From: Octopus sinensis
Taxonomy: Eukaryota
Direction of reading: 5' to 3'
Assembly (NCBI RefSeq): GCF_006345805.1
Contig: NW_021823639.1
Coordinates: 1-22,861, forward strand
DNA length: 22,861 nt
Below, piece after piece: positions 20,881-22,861 of the stretch. The notes under the pieces are model-generated. The model was given only the letters and a program-made list of their open reading frames with translations, did no database searches and had not been told where the DNA came from. Positions within the stretch are counted from its first letter, which is position 1. Each line of letters begins with the position of its first letter. A program made the position numbers and the translations under genes.

Positions 20881-21285
20881 GAAACACATTATGTCAAAAA
20901 AAACTGGATAGCAAAACACCATGCCAAAATGAAGAAACAGATTATTACCAATTTCAACACCCTTCCTCTTCTTATGGCTCTCCTTTAACCACGTTTACTT
21001 CGTTTCCTCACCCCCGATCGCCACCGTGTGTTCATCTCTTGCTTTTATGTAGTTGTTTTAACTGTTTTAATTGTATTTTTGAATATTTTTCTAATAGTTG
21101 TAGAGGGTTTTCATCAATTTAAGGAAATTTTATCCCCCCCTCTCCCCAAAAAACAAGAATTTAAAACCATATCCCTTCTCTGGAGATCTTTCATTAAAAT
21201 AAAAATATAATCTACAATGCTTGCCACGTACGGCATCACCATCATCGTCATTAAGTTTTATCAACTTAGTCACGAACTTTGTCAT

Positions 21286-21372
21286 TTACGTTCTGAGATC
21301 AAATTCCGTCGGGGTCGACTTTATCTTTTATCCTCCCGGGGTTGATAAAATAGAGGCCGGTTGAACACTGAG
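21286..21372 (+). mobile_element. SINE family C fragment (headless, diverged)
   Basis: tacgttctgagatcaaattccgtcggggtcgacttt..atcctcccggggttgataaaat. Confidence 0.7.
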
Positions 21373-21416
21373 ATTGGTGAAATCCACTTATCCAATATTT
21401 CTGGTCTATAGCCTCA

Positions 21417-21485
<69 letters not shown>

Positions 21486-21501
21486 TATTGTTTAATTATT
21501 A

Positions 21502-21573
<72 letters not shown>

Positions 21574-21575
21574 TA

Positions 21576-22040
21576 CTGAGATTATTTTCATCGACATCAT
21601 CATTTACTAAGATATTATCTTCATACTCCTCCTCCGACGCATCTTCATCATCTTCACCTTCATCATTATCATGATTTCTCTCATTTTTGTCTTTCATTCT
21701 ATCGTCCTATTGTAGCTTGTTATGTCATATGGGCAGTGCCTGAAGATTGCGCAGATTCACCCGAAATATTAAAAAATACTGTATGGTATGCTTTTATCGC
21801 ATGAAACTAATTGTAACACATAAAAACATATATTGATGTATGGGTTTATGTGTCTATGTATTTTGCATGCCTGTGTATGTCTATACGCGTGTCTGGCTAT
21901 CACCGCCGTTATGATAACTGGCGGTATATGGCAAGCAGAGGTGATATCATCGAAAAACGTAGAATTAAATTATAATAGTTTCTGACTTGATCTTACTTCT
22001 ATCTCTCTGCTTAAACGATGTTGTTATTTCTGTCGTTTTG

Positions 22041-22072
<32 letters not shown>

Positions 22073-22524
22073 AGTAAATATAAATATGTATATGTGTATT
22101 TATGTATGTATATCTTTTTTATGTGAGTGTATGCGTGCGAGTGCCTTTCATACAGATACTGTTATCCACGTATTTATTCCTGCTTGATACAGCTTCAGCG
22201 AGACAAGAATTTAAGCTTAGTAATATGTGTTCACACGCATACACACACGGACACACACACACGTTCACACATGCACACACACACACGCACGTTTATCTAT
22301 GTGGGTGTATATACATATGTATCATTAAGGAATGATTACAATTTTCTTATATCTAGTTCCCATAAAAAAGTGAAGCCGATTTCAAGAAAGATTAGATTAT
22401 TGTTGATGATCATAATAATAATAATGATAATAATAATAATAATGATAATAATAATAATAATGATAATAATAATCATAATAATAATAATAATAATGATAAT
22501 AATAATAATAATAATAATGATATA

Positions 22525-22601
<77 letters not shown>

Positions 22602-22712
22602 CATTATTATTATTATTATTGCTGAGATTATTTTCATCGACATCATCATTTACTAAGATATTATCTTCGTACTCCTCCTCAGACTCATCTTCATCATCTT
22701 CACCTTCATCAT
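21576..22712 (+). repeat. 91-bp direct repeat (21576-21666 and 22622-22712), each copy following an (ATT)n tract
   Basis: 3 mismatches in 91 bp. The minus strand reads as an Asp/Glu-rich peptide in both copies. Confidence 0.9.
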
Positions 22713-22861
22713 CATCATTGTCGTCGTCGTCGTCGTTGTCGTCATCGTCGTCGTTGTGAACACTAGCATCGCTATCTTCATCGTATATGATGAACATATG
22801 AGATATAAGCTATATGATATTGAATTCTCCATAGTAATATAGAAATCTCTCTCTTTCTGTA

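Noticed and set aside
21740-21770. CTGAAGA...CGAAATATT hammerhead-like spacing
   Set aside because: Stems I and II do not pair. About one such box pair is expected by chance in a window this size.
12464-22797. Long ORFs in the track (e.g. 12464-12952, 16105-16563, 17441-17944, 20619-21122, 22127-22525)
   Set aside because: They are translations of (TA)n, (CA)n, (AAT)n and (GAT)n, which lack stops in some frames. There is no domain content.

Overview
AT-rich, microsatellite-saturated animal genomic DNA. The SINE families and repeat style point to an octopus (cephalopod) intron or intergenic region; this is an inference from recalled repeat families, not a database result. There is no intact protein-coding gene, and nearly all long ORFs in the supplied track are microsatellite artefacts. 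The window is a stack of nested decayed mobile elements: a full-length dead mariner, a deleted maT/DD37D-like Tc1-mariner, CR1/L2-like, HERO/NeSL-like and Dong/R4-like LINE remnants, three tRNA-derived SINE families, and several MITEs (two copies carry telomeric TTAGGG repeats). One exon-like segment and one promoter-like island are candidates only. The most unusual item is at 4771-5281: one insertion bounded by a 10-bp TSD, made of a tRNA-like Pol III head, an (AAT)n spacer and two inverted arms, each holding a minimal Penelope-type hammerhead ribozyme. Their mutations are complementary, so together they rebuild an intact core. A second hammerhead family lies at 917-953, and a possible core-swapped (G3:C8) variant at 776-822.
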